A stretch of 64,000 nt of DNA, from NCBI GenBank assembly GCA_028534125.1, contig CM052817.1:5024001-5088000 (forward strand), given 5' to 3'. This stretch comes from Lama glama. Its lineage: Eukaryota. Shown here one piece after another: positions 24,440 through 37,810 of this stretch; positions within the stretch are counted from its first letter, which is position 1; every line of letters starts with the position of its first letter. The notes beneath the pieces are model-generated. The model was not told the DNA's origin and did not search any database. It saw only the letters and a program-made list of their open reading frames with translations. A program made the translations under genes and the position numbers.

Positions 24440-26640
24440 CTACAAACATGCCTAAAAATTTAAAATATGACAATATCAAGTGTTGGTGAGAACACAAGGC
24501 ATCTGGCATTCTGCTGCCGATACTTGGGGAAATGATTTGGTGTTACCTGGTAAATTTGAAGATGCATACACCCCATGACCCAGCAATTTTAACCCTAGAA
24601 AATACCCCAGAGAAATTCTTGCACAAGTGCCCTGCAAATATGTCTCAGGATGTTCACAACAGAATGCTTACAATAGCAGATGACTGGAAACAACCCAAAA
24701 GTCCATCAACGATAGAATGGAAAAACAAGTAGCTGTAGAGTCATGTAAATGATACCGATAATTAACATATTACAGAGGCACGTGATAACACGCTGAATCT
24801 CAGGTTCCGACAGTGAGGAGGAAATAGAAGGAAATCTCCCTGCAGAAGACAACGTGCGGAACAATTCCATTTACGTAAAGAATAAAAACAGGCAAAGCAT
24901 AAAATATATTTTGGGGGACAGAAACATGGGATAAAGCTTTAAAGAAGTTCACAAAAGTGCTTAAAATAAAACTCAAGGCAGAAACTAGCCCTTCGGGCAA
25001 TACAGAGAAGTTTGAAATAACAGCAGATTTTTTTTCTTAAACTGAGTGATGGGGACCCAATGGTTCAACATTTTATCAGTTTTTAAAAAATTATTTTTAG
25101 TCAATATTTAATAAATAATAATCAAAATGAATAGCAATCACAGCAAAAACTAAATTGGAAAATGCAATGTAAAAACCAATCCCATTTACAACAGCAGCAA
25201 AAACCATAAGGTACCTGGGAATAAATATAAGTAAATATGTGTACAAACTTTATGGGGAAAATTATACAATTTTATTAAAAGACATAAAAGAGTGTCCTAT
25301 GTAAATAAAGAGATAAGCCATGTTTACGAATCTCAAATTAACTTAGATTCAATGCATCCAGTCAACATCCCAACAGGACAGATCTTGTTATGTTGAGCCT
25401 AAAATTTATAGGAAAATGTAAAAGACTAATAAATTTTTTAGAAGATGAATAGGGGAGGGGAATTTCCCTATGAGGTTCAAGACTTGTTACAAAATTGTAG
25501 AAATTAATACTCTGGGATATTGACACAGGAATTAAAAAAAAATGTAGGACAGAACAAATGAAATTTGGTAAATTGCTGAGAACATATGACGAAATCAGGG
25601 GAAAAATAACAGCAGGACAATAAATGGTGCTGGGATAACCGGCCATCCACCTAGGAAAAATGGAAAGTTGATCTCTTCCTTATACACAAAAATAAACTTG
25701 AGGGATGACAGACTTAATAAGTAAAGCAATATTTAAAAATATTTAGAAGAACACATGGCAGAAGAACACATATGTTATTAGGAAAAGGAAATAATTCTTA
25801 AACAAGATCCAAACAGTGCCTCCAATAAAGGTAACACTAATAAACAATAACTATAGCATAAGACTTTAAAAGACACCCCCATTGACAGGAAAAATAATGT
25901 GTCAACTCATAACTAATCTTACCCAGATTGCCTACAGATCAATAAAAAAGACATAGAAAGATGGGCAGGATGCGGACTGCATAAGTGGAAGAGGAATCCA
26001 TAGTGGCGTTTAAGTGTATGAAAAGATGTTGAATCTTTCTAGCAACCAGAGAGAGGCACGTTAAAACAGCAATGTGATACAATTTTATACCAATCAAACA
26101 GGAAGAAAAAAAAATCTCATAATACCAATGGTTAGTGTGAACACGAGAAACGCAAACTCTCACGGGCTGTTTTCAGAAGGGTAGATTCAGACAAATTATT
26201 TAAAGAGCAATTCCATAACATTTGGTAAAGCTATTTCCTTTCCGGGGAGAGATCCCAGGCAAACCCTCACAAAGAGATACAGACAAAGGTGTTCATTATC
26301 ACCTCATTATTGGCTATAATGGAAAAGAGAAAAAGAAATAGCCTAAAAGCCCCTCAGAAAAATGAATAAACTCTGATACATTCATTCCGTGAAATATTAC
26401 ACAGCAGTTACTGTAAAGGAATCAGATGCCCATCATTCAGTGAGCAATGATCTCAAAAACTATTGTCTAATAAGAAAACAAATTTCAGAAGTGTATGTCC
26501 CTTAGGATATTTGTATGTTTTCAACACTTTCAAAAGCTTCATAGAAACACAGAAAAAGGGCCTGGAAATGAATTGCATTCATGGGACCAGTTGCTTCTGG
26601 GAAGGGGAAAGAGGACACAGCACAGGGAAGGAAGCAGAAT
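24440..26640 (+). mobile_element. Ancient L1M fragments (ORF2/3' end)
   Basis: A-rich degenerate ORF2 motifs (CCCCATGACCCAGCAATT, GGTACCTGGGAATAAAT, AATAAATGGTGCTGGGATAAC). Confidence 0.7.
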
Positions 26641-26665
26641 TTCACTGTTATCAGTCATGTTTGAT

Positions 26666-26864
26666 TTTTTTTACTTTCCTTTTTAAAAAAAAAATTGAAG
26701 TGTAGTTGATTTACAATGTTAGTTTCAGGTGTACAGCAAAGTGATTCAGTTATACATATACATACATATATTTTCATATTATTTTCCATTATAGCTTATT
26801 ACAAGAAACTGAATATAGTTTCCTGGGCTAAACAAACTAGAAATAGACTCATGGACATAAAAAA
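26666..26864 (-). mobile_element. Short L1 3' insertion with 5' inversion
   Basis: Minus-strand L1 terminus 26666-26830, then plus-strand L1 3' UTR piece 26831-26864; TSD GTCATGTTTGAT (26654-26665) / GTAATGTTTGAT (26865-26876). Confidence 0.75.
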
Positions 26865-28269
26865 GTAATGTTTGATATTTTAAGAACTTCAGCATGCACG
26901 ACAAAATGTTAATATTCACTGGATCTGAGTAGTGATGCTTATTTATCATTCACCGTCTTTTTTTTTTGCATGCTTCCAATATTCCAGAATTTAATATGCG
27001 AATATAACCATTCCATTCAGTGGAATAACTGAAATCATCTTGCAATAAATGATAAATTATTCGTTTTTTTTTCCTTCACATTTCTAGCATAAAGTACCAT
27101 TTCTTCCTGAACTTTGCTCTTTAACACAGAGGGAACTTTTGGGAGAAAGCTAAACTCAGGTTTAGTAATTCACAAAGGTAACCCAGCCAAGAAGCGACAG
27201 GATCGATACTCACAGACCCTGAGCCCACTGCTCTGTTCATTGATGGAGGAATGACCTGGTAAAACTCCTTTGGAGGACTTTTCAGGACTTGCATTGTGCC
27301 TGTGGGAATTCAAGGGGCAGGGTGGGAGCTTAGACATTTGCCCAAGATGCTCAGAAAGGGAAAGAATCTGGCCAGGGCCACACAGCTTCTCTGTTCCAGA
27401 ACTTCAGAAGCCTGAGTACTCCCCTCCCTGGTCCACACCCCCCACCCCAGCAGGGTGCTCAGGGCTGGTCCACAGCAGTGCAGCCCCACATCCCATGGCC
27501 CAGCTCCTGGCCTGGGCCTGGAGGAGGGCTGAGTCCTCCACTACCCACTGCACCCCAGAGGCAGCTGAGCGCTGATCAACTCCAGGTGCCAGAAATTATC
27601 TTCATGGGACACCCACCTGCTGGCCTCCTGATGGAAGAAACGTATCTGACCTCCTTACGGCGCCTTCACCTGGCAATTCTATCTGCTGTTTGAAAAAAGG
27701 AAGAAATAAAGGTGGAAGGGTCTCAGGCTGGGAAAGGATGTCTCTGGCATCTTTGCCCTTTTGCACATCTCTTCAAATGTCCTTCTGGAGATTTGTGCTT
27801 TCTGTTCCACGTATTTTTTTTATTCCATGTGTTCCCTTCTTGTTGGCATCTTCACAGAATTCTCTGCTCCAGCCTGTGTACTCAATAGAACATTTTCGCC
27901 AGGCGGAGCAGCCTCCCTCCCCCGACCTTCCTCTTCCCACCCTCCCATCACACATTTCTAGCCCAGCTCCTGTGAGTCCCTCTTGCCTCAGGCTCCCCAA
28001 ACTGCCAACTCCTCACTCCTCCCTCCCAAACCTCGTCCTCCTCCATCCAGTTTCAAATGGAGAGTTCTGGGATGATTCAGCAAGTTTACCCCTTTCAGCC
28101 CCATATCTACACAGAAGAAAGGTGTTGTTTTGATTACAAGGGAAGAGAGGACTGAATCATTACTGCAAAATGAGTCAAATATGACTCACTTTCTGGAAGG
28201 TGCATGCTGAGGACACATACTACTCAAAATGCTACTACTGATTCGGATGCAGGGTGCTGGGTGTTGTGA

Positions 28270-28960
28270 AGTGCACGCGGACCCACAGAGCCACCAGGCG
28301 AGCTGGGAAGCCTGCGCGGAGGCACGTCGCCGGGAGGCGGGGATCACGGCCGGCCGGGCAGGGGCGCCCTGGCACGGCTGGGCTTCTGGCCCCCCGGCTC
28401 CGGCGCAGGCCCCGCCGGCGTCTCGCTTCCGTCTTATCGGAGCCGCAGGCCTCCTGAAAGTGCTGATAAGCCGGCCTCGCCGCAGCCTGGCGCGCGCGCA
28501 GCCGCCCGAGCGGACCGTGGTTCCAGGCCCCATAAAACGGATTTACAGCCCTTGCTTATCTCCGGCCACAGGTTGTGCCTCCTCCGGGGAGACCGGCCCC
28601 CGGGAACAAGTGTCTCCTTGAGAGCGTGGCCACGGCCGAGGGATCTATCAGAGAGAGAGCCCAAGCCCCGGCCTCGCCCCAGATCGTTCCCACGGCGCCT
28701 GTTTTCTGTGATGCTCTGCGGTGGACCGAGCCACGGGGGACGTGGGGACACACGTTACCCCGTGTGTTTCAAAACAACCCTGAGAGGCATTCAGAACAAA
28801 ACAATTTCTTCCATCTTTTAAGATGACACAGCAGAGCCTTCAAAGGTGAAGCAACTTACCTGAAAGCGCAGGTAAGCTGCCAGAAAAGGACCACGGACCA
28901 GCTCCCGCGCCCCAGGGTCGCGTGGCCCCGTTTTCACCCGCACCTCCGACCCTTTCCGCA
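28270..28960. promoter_or_regulatory. Orphan CpG island with GATA and HOX/CDX-type motifs
   Basis: Dense CpG 28310-28760; TGATAAG 28464, CTTATCT 28555, CCCATAAAA 28529. Confidence 0.65.
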
Positions 28961-31429
28961 AAAGAGCAGCCTTTCTTCCTCACGGCTGCAAGTTTTTAAG
29001 TATCCTTCAGAAAGGGTGTTCGGGAAGTGAAATTGTTAGTTGCTAGCAGTCCTAGGCTGGGGGTGGGGGCAGAGGTCGGGCTGGAGATACTTGACCCGGA
29101 CTCCTCAGGAAAGGTCCTCCCTGCTCACAAAGTGGGGTTTGTTTTGACCTTGAAGTCACCCCACCTCTGATTACTCTCCAGCCAAAACAAGCAGACAGGA
29201 TAAACCCATGGGCTGTGTATTCCCATGGGGCTGGGGTAGCCGGGGGAAGACAGAGGGAAAGCCTGGTGTGGGCGGTAGCAAAGGGATACAGTCACTTGGC
29301 CAAAAGCAGTGATGAGAAGCAAACGTCGTCATCAGAGAATGAACCCTGGGTACCAGCTGAAAATCCCCCACAATCACCAGTGAGGAGCCTGATCCTAGGA
29401 AGACCTGGGGTAGAGGGTCTCGGCAGAACATGGAAGAGGAGGTGGAGGTGGAGTTGGAGGTGCCAAGAAAGAAAGGAGGGCGGGGCCGTCGGGAGGAGAG
29501 AACAGCCGCACCAGAGCTTCCGGGACCCTGTTGGATGGCTCAGAGCTAGACAGGGTACCGCACACAGGGGAAGGAGATACACTCTCCAGCCAGACACCTG
29601 GTTCCAATCTTAATTCTGTCCCTCACTAGCATCTCTTGGCCTCCTCAGGCTCTACATCCTTAAAAAGGGGTTAAAAATAACATGTACTGAGCAGGGCTGT
29701 GCTAAAAGTTGTGTGGATGTGGGATGGCGGGGAACACACTTGGAAAAGAGGCCGGCACATGGCAAGTGTTACCTCTACAATCAACAGCTCATCAAGGAGG
29801 CATCAAGGGAGCAGGGAGATGAGGCTGGGGGGCAGGGCGGGGCCAGACCAAGGAGCATGAGCAGGGCCCTCACAGACATCCCCAGTGGATATGAGTTGGG
29901 GAAAGGGGGTGCTGCTTGGAGAAGCCCCAAAGCTTTGCCTGGACATGCTGACTGTCAACAGGAAAAATCCGGAGCACCCAAATCTGGCCTTGGGCTGTGG
30001 ACAGGAAGCACTGCCAAGTGCCGTTAATTATAAATAGATTTATACATGTGAATGAGGTTCTCAGCCAGCCAAGTAAATATTTATGTGGGGATTTGGGAAA
30101 CAATCAACATGACCTTTCTATGTGCATTTCTAAAGCAACAGAGGATTCGCAAAGGTCAAGTTGCAGTGGGGTGTAGATATTGAAAATCAGTGCACACTGG
30201 GTTAATGCCCTGACACCTGAAGCCAAGAAGCAACACCGTTTGCCTCTCACAATGACTGCTCTCTGGTCTGTGGGTTGAAAATACAGATCGGGACCGGGTC
30301 AGCAGGCTGCCCCAGCAGGTCTACTCCCTGCCTGGCCCTTCAGCCCTCACTCCCTCCTCAGGACACTGATCTGATCGTCTGCATCTACTCCACCCACCCG
30401 GCCCCCGAATGACCTCCCTGTGTCAGCTGGGTTAATGGAAGCCCCTGGGGTCACAGGACAGAAAGGCTGGAGCAGGTCTCAGAGAACAGAGCGAACACGC
30501 TGGCACCAACTCCCCGTGTGACCTGGGTAAGTCCCTTCCCCTTCTTGGCCTCCCTTTCTCGGATATAAGATGGGGGCCGGGGAGAAGGGTAGCAATGGTC
30601 CTTGATGGTCTGTTCAGTCTCCCTCCAGGATCCTCAAAAATCCTGTTCTTTTCCTCTGGCTTGGGCAGGCGGCTGGGGTTGGTGGTGGATAGTCATAAGT
30701 TGGGTCCCTCACTCCTAAAGTCTCTCTGCTCTCAGTGACCTGGGACCAGGTCGAATTGGCTCTGCTGAAGCCTGCATCCTGTAACTTTGTGCAGAGGGAA
30801 AAAGCAGTGCTGCCCTCTAGTGGCCACTTCTCAGAATGAACCATAGTCCGACCCAGAGGCTTCCTTGCAGGATGCAGCGAAACTCCCAAAAGCAGAGCCC
30901 CTACTGTGTGCCAGGACCCAGTGTGCTCAGTGTGGGCACAGTGATGAGTCAGACATGCCCCACCCCAGGAAACTCATGCCTCATAGGCACAAATGTGTGG
31001 ACTCTAAATGTCCGTACATTGCCTTTAGCTCTGTGAAGTTTGGCAAATTTCTTAACCTTTTTAAGGTGGTGGTGATGGGGTCTCCATTGCATCTTTAAAA
31101 TTGGGCTGCAAATCAAATGCCTTCCTAGCTGAAGCTGGTCATCATGGCTACCTACCTACATCCTAAATCGAGCCCTTTCTCACTCACTGCTGCCAGCCTG
31201 CACCAAGCCCCCAGCATCTCTCCCTGGTCTCCCTGCCCTGGCCCCACACAGCCCTTTCCACACACAGCAGCCAGCGCTTCCATGATGAGGAAGCAGCCAC
31301 TCTGAGTTTCTGCCTGGACATTTTACAGTAGGACAACCTGCTCACACCCAGAGTCTGGACATTCTAGATAAGGACCTGAGCTTAAGATTCTGGCTGTAAA
31401 TTCTCACTTTGCTTTTCCTGGGGAATCTT

Positions 31430-31955
31430 TTTAAAATAACCACTTAGTTTCATTTTTTTCCGCATATGGCTGTCCAGTTTTCCCATCACTATTTATTGAA
31501 AAGACTATCCTTTCTCCATTGTATGTTCTTTACTCCTTTATCATAAATCAATTGTCCTTTCTTGTGTGGCTTTACTTCTGGGCTCGCTATTCTGTCCCGT
31601 TGATCTGTTTTTCTGTTTTTCTATCAGCACCACGTGGGTTTGATTGCAGCGCCTTTGCAGTGCAGTTTGAAATCAGGGTGTGTGATATCTCCAGCTTTGT
31701 TCTTTTTTCTCAAGACCACTTTGGCTATTCAGGGTCTTCTGTGGTTCTCTATAAAAATTTTTTTGTTCTATTTCTGTGAAAAAAAATGTCCTTGGGATTG
31801 TGATAAGGATTTTATTGAATCTGTAGATTGCGTTAGGTAATAAGGGCATTTTGACAGTGTTCATTCTTCCAATCCATGAGCACAGGATACCTTTCCAATT
31901 ATTTGTAGCCTTTTCAATTTCTATCAACAATATCTTATAATTTTCAGTAGGCGGG
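31430..31955 (-). mobile_element. L1 ORF2 fragment (old)
   Basis: Minus-strand ORF 31673-31930 ([30 protein letters not shown]) is degenerate L1 ORF2. Confidence 0.85.
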
Positions 31956-32215
31956 TCTTAAAAATGAAACTAGACTACTATCTCTACTGGTTGATCTCAT
32001 CAGTTGCCTTCACATCCCCCAACCTGTCACTAACTCTCCAGCACCCCCACCCCCAACTGCCTTAGAGCAGCCTTCTGATGGGGGGCTCTCATCATCTAGT
32101 CCTGCCCCCTCCACCCACACAGCGGCCAGGGACCTTTCTAGAACTCAAGGGTAGCCATACACTTTCCCTGCTCCAGACTCTCCCCTGGTCCCCCGACACC
32201 TACAGACCTAAGCTC

Positions 32216-32238
32216 TGTGTGTGTGTGTGTGTGTGTGT
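32216..32238. repeat. (TG)n microsatellite
   Basis: Directly visible. Confidence 0.9.
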
Positions 32239-34204
32239 GAAGTGCGAATGACCATCTGCATTGCTTCTGATCCTAACAGCAAACTACAAGATAGATATTA
32301 TTAGAATCAGATAGTATTATTTCTAATTTGAATAATGTACTGTTCAGAGAAGTTACATAACTTGCCCCAGGTCTCAGACAAGGTGGTCCTAAGAGATAAC
32401 TCGGCGGATCACTCCCACGGGGCCTGAGCCCTTTAATGGGGCAGTCGAAGCCTTTCTCCAGGAGCCCGGCCACCCTACCCCTCTTTCTCTCTCCTGGGTC
32501 CCCTGGACCCCCCATCCTCTTGGTCCCAGGCACCTGGGCTACTGGCTGCTCCCTGTGCCCCTCATGTTTCCCCTTCTCTCCTTGCTGGACACCCATCTCA
32601 CTGGGTGTTCAAAACGCGCTTCCTATGTCTGTCACCTCCTCTGGGGAGGCTTCCCGATACTGGGGTGCTTTCTCCAGCGGAAGGGCAGCAGGGTGATGGC
32701 GATAATTCCTGGATCTTATAAGGTTGCAGGGCCCAGAGAAGTAGCTTAGAAGCTACCTTCCATTTCTCTGAATCATTTTTTTTTCTACAGCATTTTCCGC
32801 TGACTTTCTGGATTGTTAGCCACTAACACACTTCAAGTCCACTAAAAACCTGTTTTATTCTCACTTAAAAAATAGCCCACAGGGCCTCATCAGTATTATT
32901 GTAAATGCATTGAATGGTACTAACACAAAATGCACTGCTATGGGCCATATCACTAGGAGCAGAGTGGCCAGAATGAGGGAGGTGATACCCACTGCATACA
33001 GCTAGAGCACATGCCCCCGCATACAGCCCACGCCGGGGTGAACAGGCTGGCGCACCCAAAGGAAAGACCCATCAACACATATCCACATTTTCAGCTGATG
33101 GGAGGGTCAGAGGACGGATCTGGGAGTGTTCAACCTAAAAATGGAGTGAATAGAAAACACAAGTGCTCTCTGTGGCTATGTGTTTCACTGTCATTTGGGA
33201 GATGATGCCAAAAAGTGGAATTAAGAGCCACAAATGGAAGTCTCAAGGAACAGCGTCTGGTGGGTTCTGAAGGACCTTCCACCAGCTAGAGCTGCCCAGG
33301 AGAGAACCTGACTGGTCTGGGCCCGGGGTGGGCTCCCCGTCCCTGGAGTGGTCCAGAAGAGGCAAGACATTGCCTGTTGGGAAGAAGGTAGAGGGAGTTT
33401 CTGCATTTGAAGTAGGAGAAGGCAGTCCTTACGTGCACTCCCCAAACTGCAGGTCCACAGATCCGTGGCTCAGAGGACCCACGGTCTGCAGACCCGAGTG
33501 GCACGCGGGAAGTACCAGGTGTGCCACCCTCCTACCTGGATTCACACTCTGCACCGGGAAACGCTGAAGCCATTAGCGCGGCAGGACTTGGGAGTCTGTG
33601 TCCACTCGCCCATATTACGGGCTGGAAAGCAGGATCAGAGAGCAGGGTGGTGGCCCACAGGCGTGCCACCCCGAGCTCCGACACCAGGTCCCCGACACCC
33701 AGGCCTCCGCTCACTAGGCTTCCTAAGGCTCCACCTCTGAGGTTTTAAAAGGCCGTCTTCTCCCCAGTTCCCTGCAGGAAAGAAAGCAGCGTGAGAGGGC
33801 GAGTGGGGTGTTTCCATCGAAGTTCTTCCTCACAGTGAGAGAACTGGGGTGGGGTGGAGCTGGGGCTCATCAAAATCAGACTGTGGCACCAGGTGTCACC
33901 TTCATCCCGGGCCTTCCTCCCTCGACCCCCCTCCCAGCCCCATTTCCCCGGCCTGGCTTTGGGCTTGGTGGCAGGCGGCAGGCGGCAGCTCTCTGGCCCC
34001 GACAAAGGCCAGGTTTCAGGCACGTCATAGGATGTGAAGGTGGAGCTCTGGCTGCTGGGTGTGGTGACTTGCAGGGTGGACAGCCAGCGCTGCAGGGTCC
34101 CGCGGAGACGGACCTCTGTGCATCCTGGAGAGTCAAGCCAGCAGTGGGTTTCAGCCCCTGACCAGCCGGTCTCGACTCCCTACTCGAGTGCCCTGTGTGG
34201 GGTA

Positions 34205-34428
34205 CGTGCCCCTGCCCGGGCGCTTGGACACCTGGTGCGGGTTAATCCTGTGCCATTGAGTGGTCCTCCTGTGCATTGTAGGATGTTTAGCTGCATCCCT
34301 GGTCTCCACCCACTAATGTCAGGAGCATCACCAGATGACCACTGAGTCACAACGATCAAAAATACCTCCAGACATTGCCACATGTCTTATGGGGAAGGCA
34401 AAACTCATCCTCCGATTGAGAACCCCTA
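34205..34428. mobile_element. MER20-like hAT DNA transposon
   Basis: CCTGTGCATTGTAGGATGTTTAGCTGCATCCCTGGTCTCCACCCACTA...CTCCAGACATTGCCA...TTGAGAACC. Confidence 0.8.
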
Positions 34429-37354
34429 AGCCAGAGCTGCATCTTCCCTCTTTCCCTTGTCCCCAAAATATTCTTGTGAGATCCTGGGGCAGGAAAAACA
34501 AATTGTTCAGTTTAATGTTAGAACGTGCACATTAATGGGTGGGCACTGGCCCTGGCCTGACGCTGGGGTGGTGCTTCCCACGTGTTCGTCACTGTGCTGG
34601 CTCCTAGCGGCACTGAGTGTCCCTGATCCAGATCTAATCCAACCCTCTCCTTTCACGGAAGAAGGAAGTATGGCCCAGAGAGGGTAAGCAATGAACCTGA
34701 AATCACACAGCGGACTTTGGTGTCTCATTCCCGGTCCAGGGCTCTTTCCAGTCCCCCACGCTAAACTCGGATCCAGCCAGCACCAGTCAGGAGGCCTAAA
34801 CTTTTGGCAAAAAGTCCGCCCCCAACAGGAGAGACACAGGCAGAGCCTCATTTTCCTGTTACAATGCCGTGAAAATGTGCAAAGCAAAGTGTTGTAAAAA
34901 CATTGGCTGGGGCCAGGGCAGGGGATGAACAAGACTGTTCTCCATGTGAGCTGGCTAATGAAAGGAAGAGCCCGAAGTTGTTTGTTGCTGTTATAAGGGT
35001 CATTTTTCCCCCCATAAAAAGAGTAATTTTCGTTTACGGGGACCCTGGGCAATTTTCCATCTAATTTGATGTTTTATAATGTCTGCAAAGCCACGCAGCC
35101 TTAGTTGGCTGTGCGGCCATAGACATTTTATTTTCAAATGTTCAAGGTTATTGGTTCATCAAGAGTAAAGGAAAAATGCGGCTGGATTTTCATGGGTCCT
35201 GGGAAGGGAGGGGGCAGCTGATGGGCTGGGAGACTGACTGGAAATGAACTTGCTGTGAAGCCCTCCACCCCACGCACTTCCCTCCCCCAGAGCATCAGGC
35301 TGGAAAAGTTGGGGCAGAGTCATTGCCCCAGGTGAGCCCTGATGCCACCCCGCCCAGCGGCACAGTCACATAGCCCGGCCCTGGGCCCCCGCCTCCTCCC
35401 CTAGAGCCCCCTCCTGCAGGGCGGGCTCCCCCGTGAAGCACTTTTTGTAGATTTTCTTTTTTAATCATCACAACAGCCCGGGAGGCACAGGACTCTGGTA
35501 TCCCGTTTACAGAGGGAAAAAGCTGGCTTGAAGAAGTTAACCAGCAGCCAGAGGTTGGGGGCCCCCATCTGAACCTGGTCATCAGACCCTGGGGTTGGGG
35601 TCCAAACACCCTGTCTACACTGGGGCAACACTCCTTCCCACCATCGTTGTGCTGATCCTCTCCGAGTCCGGCTCAGGGCCCTGTAAAACGGGCAGGATGA
35701 TTCTATTTCACTGGGAGGTTCTGAGGTTTCAACAAGCTCACGGAAAAAGCAGCTCCGGGAAGACGGCTGGGCTGAAACCCCAGCACACGGGGCTCCTTCT
35801 ACAGAAGGGGCTACAGGAGTGAGGACTAGACAGGAGAGGGGAGAAGAGGCTGGGTGATGGAAAGTAGGAAAGACCGGCGGAGAGGCACAGGCCCACCTGG
35901 AGAGGAAGCCCAGTGAGTGTGGACACGACCTGGTCCTCGTGGAGGACCTACTCTGCTCCAGGCCGCGCGCTTCGCGAGTGTAACCCCGTTCGGTTCTCCA
36001 ACCAGCACAGAGGAGGCTGTTGCTTCTATTTTACAGATAAACCTCCACTGCCGAGGCCACGCGTGTCTCCCCCACCCCGGAGGCCGTGTCTGGGTTCCCA
36101 GCACAAGCAGACTCCCCAGCTCCGGGACATTTATTCCTAGGGTCATCCCTCTGCCTGAGCAGACAGACTCGGTGGACATTAGAGAGGGACTGTTTCAAGT
36201 AAAAGTATTGTTTTCGATAACACCTCTGCATATGGAAAAGGGAGAATGCCGCAGATGAACCCAAGGAGAATGAAAGCCGGGTGGCTCCCAGCCCACAGCC
36301 GTGGCTGCGTACCTTCCCAAGAGTTTACATCATGTGGCTCGTCATGCAGGGTAATTACACTCTGTGAGTTGGCTTTAGCGCCCTGATTACGAAGGACAAC
36401 GTCCCAGGAGCTCATATTCTGTGCAGCAGCTCTAATGGGAGCAGGGCGCTGCCTTGCACGGCTCCAGCAAAAGCATCTTCTAACCACTCCCCTGCAATGG
36501 GACGCTTAGGTCATTTCCAATGGTCTGTGATGGTTTCAAGTGCAGAGTCGGACAGCCTCATACCTAAGGTGCACGTCCTTGTTTGCCAGAGCCCTCTACC
36601 TGCAGGCAGCCTGGCAGAGAGCCCAGAGGGCTTCAACTTCCAAGAAGTCAGAGCCCATCGCTACCCCCTGTGTGGAGCAAAGCCAGGATGCTGTGGCCTT
36701 GAACCCGTTCGGCCATCTGCTGGTGTGTGGCCATGGTTAAGCCTCAGTTTCCTTACCTGTGAAGTGGAGGTGTTAGTAACACTGCCTCCCTCTGGCTGGG
36801 TGAGGACCAAACCCCATAGTGGCACATCTGGGGATCTCTTTCCAGATCTCCCTGGAGAAGACATTACTGGCCAGACCCAGCTGTCAACCAGCAGGCCTTG
36901 AGGCAGAGCTACGAAGTGCGGAGGACGGTATCAAATGAGAGTCAGGATCAGATAAGAAAGACCAAAGGGAGAGAAGGGAAGCAGTGAGGGCGGAGGGGCT
37001 GTTGTTTTGCCTCCAGGTCGTAGGACACGCTGGGATGCCCCACGCGCTGGAACAAAAAAGGAAACGGAAGCTCTGGCTGTAGAGGCGCAGAGAAGCCCGG
37101 CTACAGGCTTGTTGGTGACATGCCCCTCCATCTCGGGGGCCAGGGAGCCCCTTAGCGCCTGTGATCCTGTTTCCAGCTGCATCCCACTCAACTTTGGTGG
37201 CTGTTCTGCCTGTCCTGCCGCTGGCCTGGAGTGTCTCGAGGACGAGGGCCACATTGGAGCCATTTCTCTGTTGCTTGAGTCCCCATGCCCTGCCTGGCTC
37301 AGAGTCAGTGGCTAGAATGAATGAATGAGTGAGTGTTTCGGGTGGAATTTAGAG

Positions 37355-37810
37355 ACTGATCAGGAGCACCAGTCAGACACAAGGATACGCAACAGGGGAT
37401 GCTGCCCCGGCTGATCGTCAGAGATCCGGGGGATGGAGGAGACGTGCCGGGCAGGGCCACACGAAGCAGTACCAGGGCTGGTCAGGAGGCGGGGGGGAAT
37501 GGGGGTGGGGTGGGCAAGAGCCTTTATTGAGGGTCCCATGGGGAGGAACACGGAGGCAGGGTACGCAGGCTTGGGAGCGGCTGGTCTGAATAACTTCAGC
37601 ATGCTCCAGGGCTCTGGAGCTGTCCCCCGCAGTCTGGTACCTGGCCCAGGGGTGGTGGGGGGTGGGGGGCGATGACCTTGAAAGTGAGAGCCAGATGGAG
37701 GACGGGGGTGGGAGTGGGCTCTGGATTAGCTGACTTGTAGGAACTGGCCAGTCCTGGCAGGGGCAGTCCCTCCAGGGTCAGCAAGACCCCAGAGGTCAAA
37801 GCATCAGAAC
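37355..37810 (-). mobile_element. ERVL-type solo LTR (MER54/MER74-like)
   Basis: GCAAGAGCCTTTATTG...GGTCTGAATAACTTCAGC...GCAGTCCCTCCAGGGTCAGCAAGACCCCAGAGGTCAAAGCATCA recalls this family; family assignment uncertain. Confidence 0.5.

Noticed and set aside
28186..28826. Multiple overlapping ORFs in the 28 kb CpG island (likewise at 38.5 kb)
   Set aside because: Stop-codon scarcity in GC-rich DNA explains them; no family resemblance.
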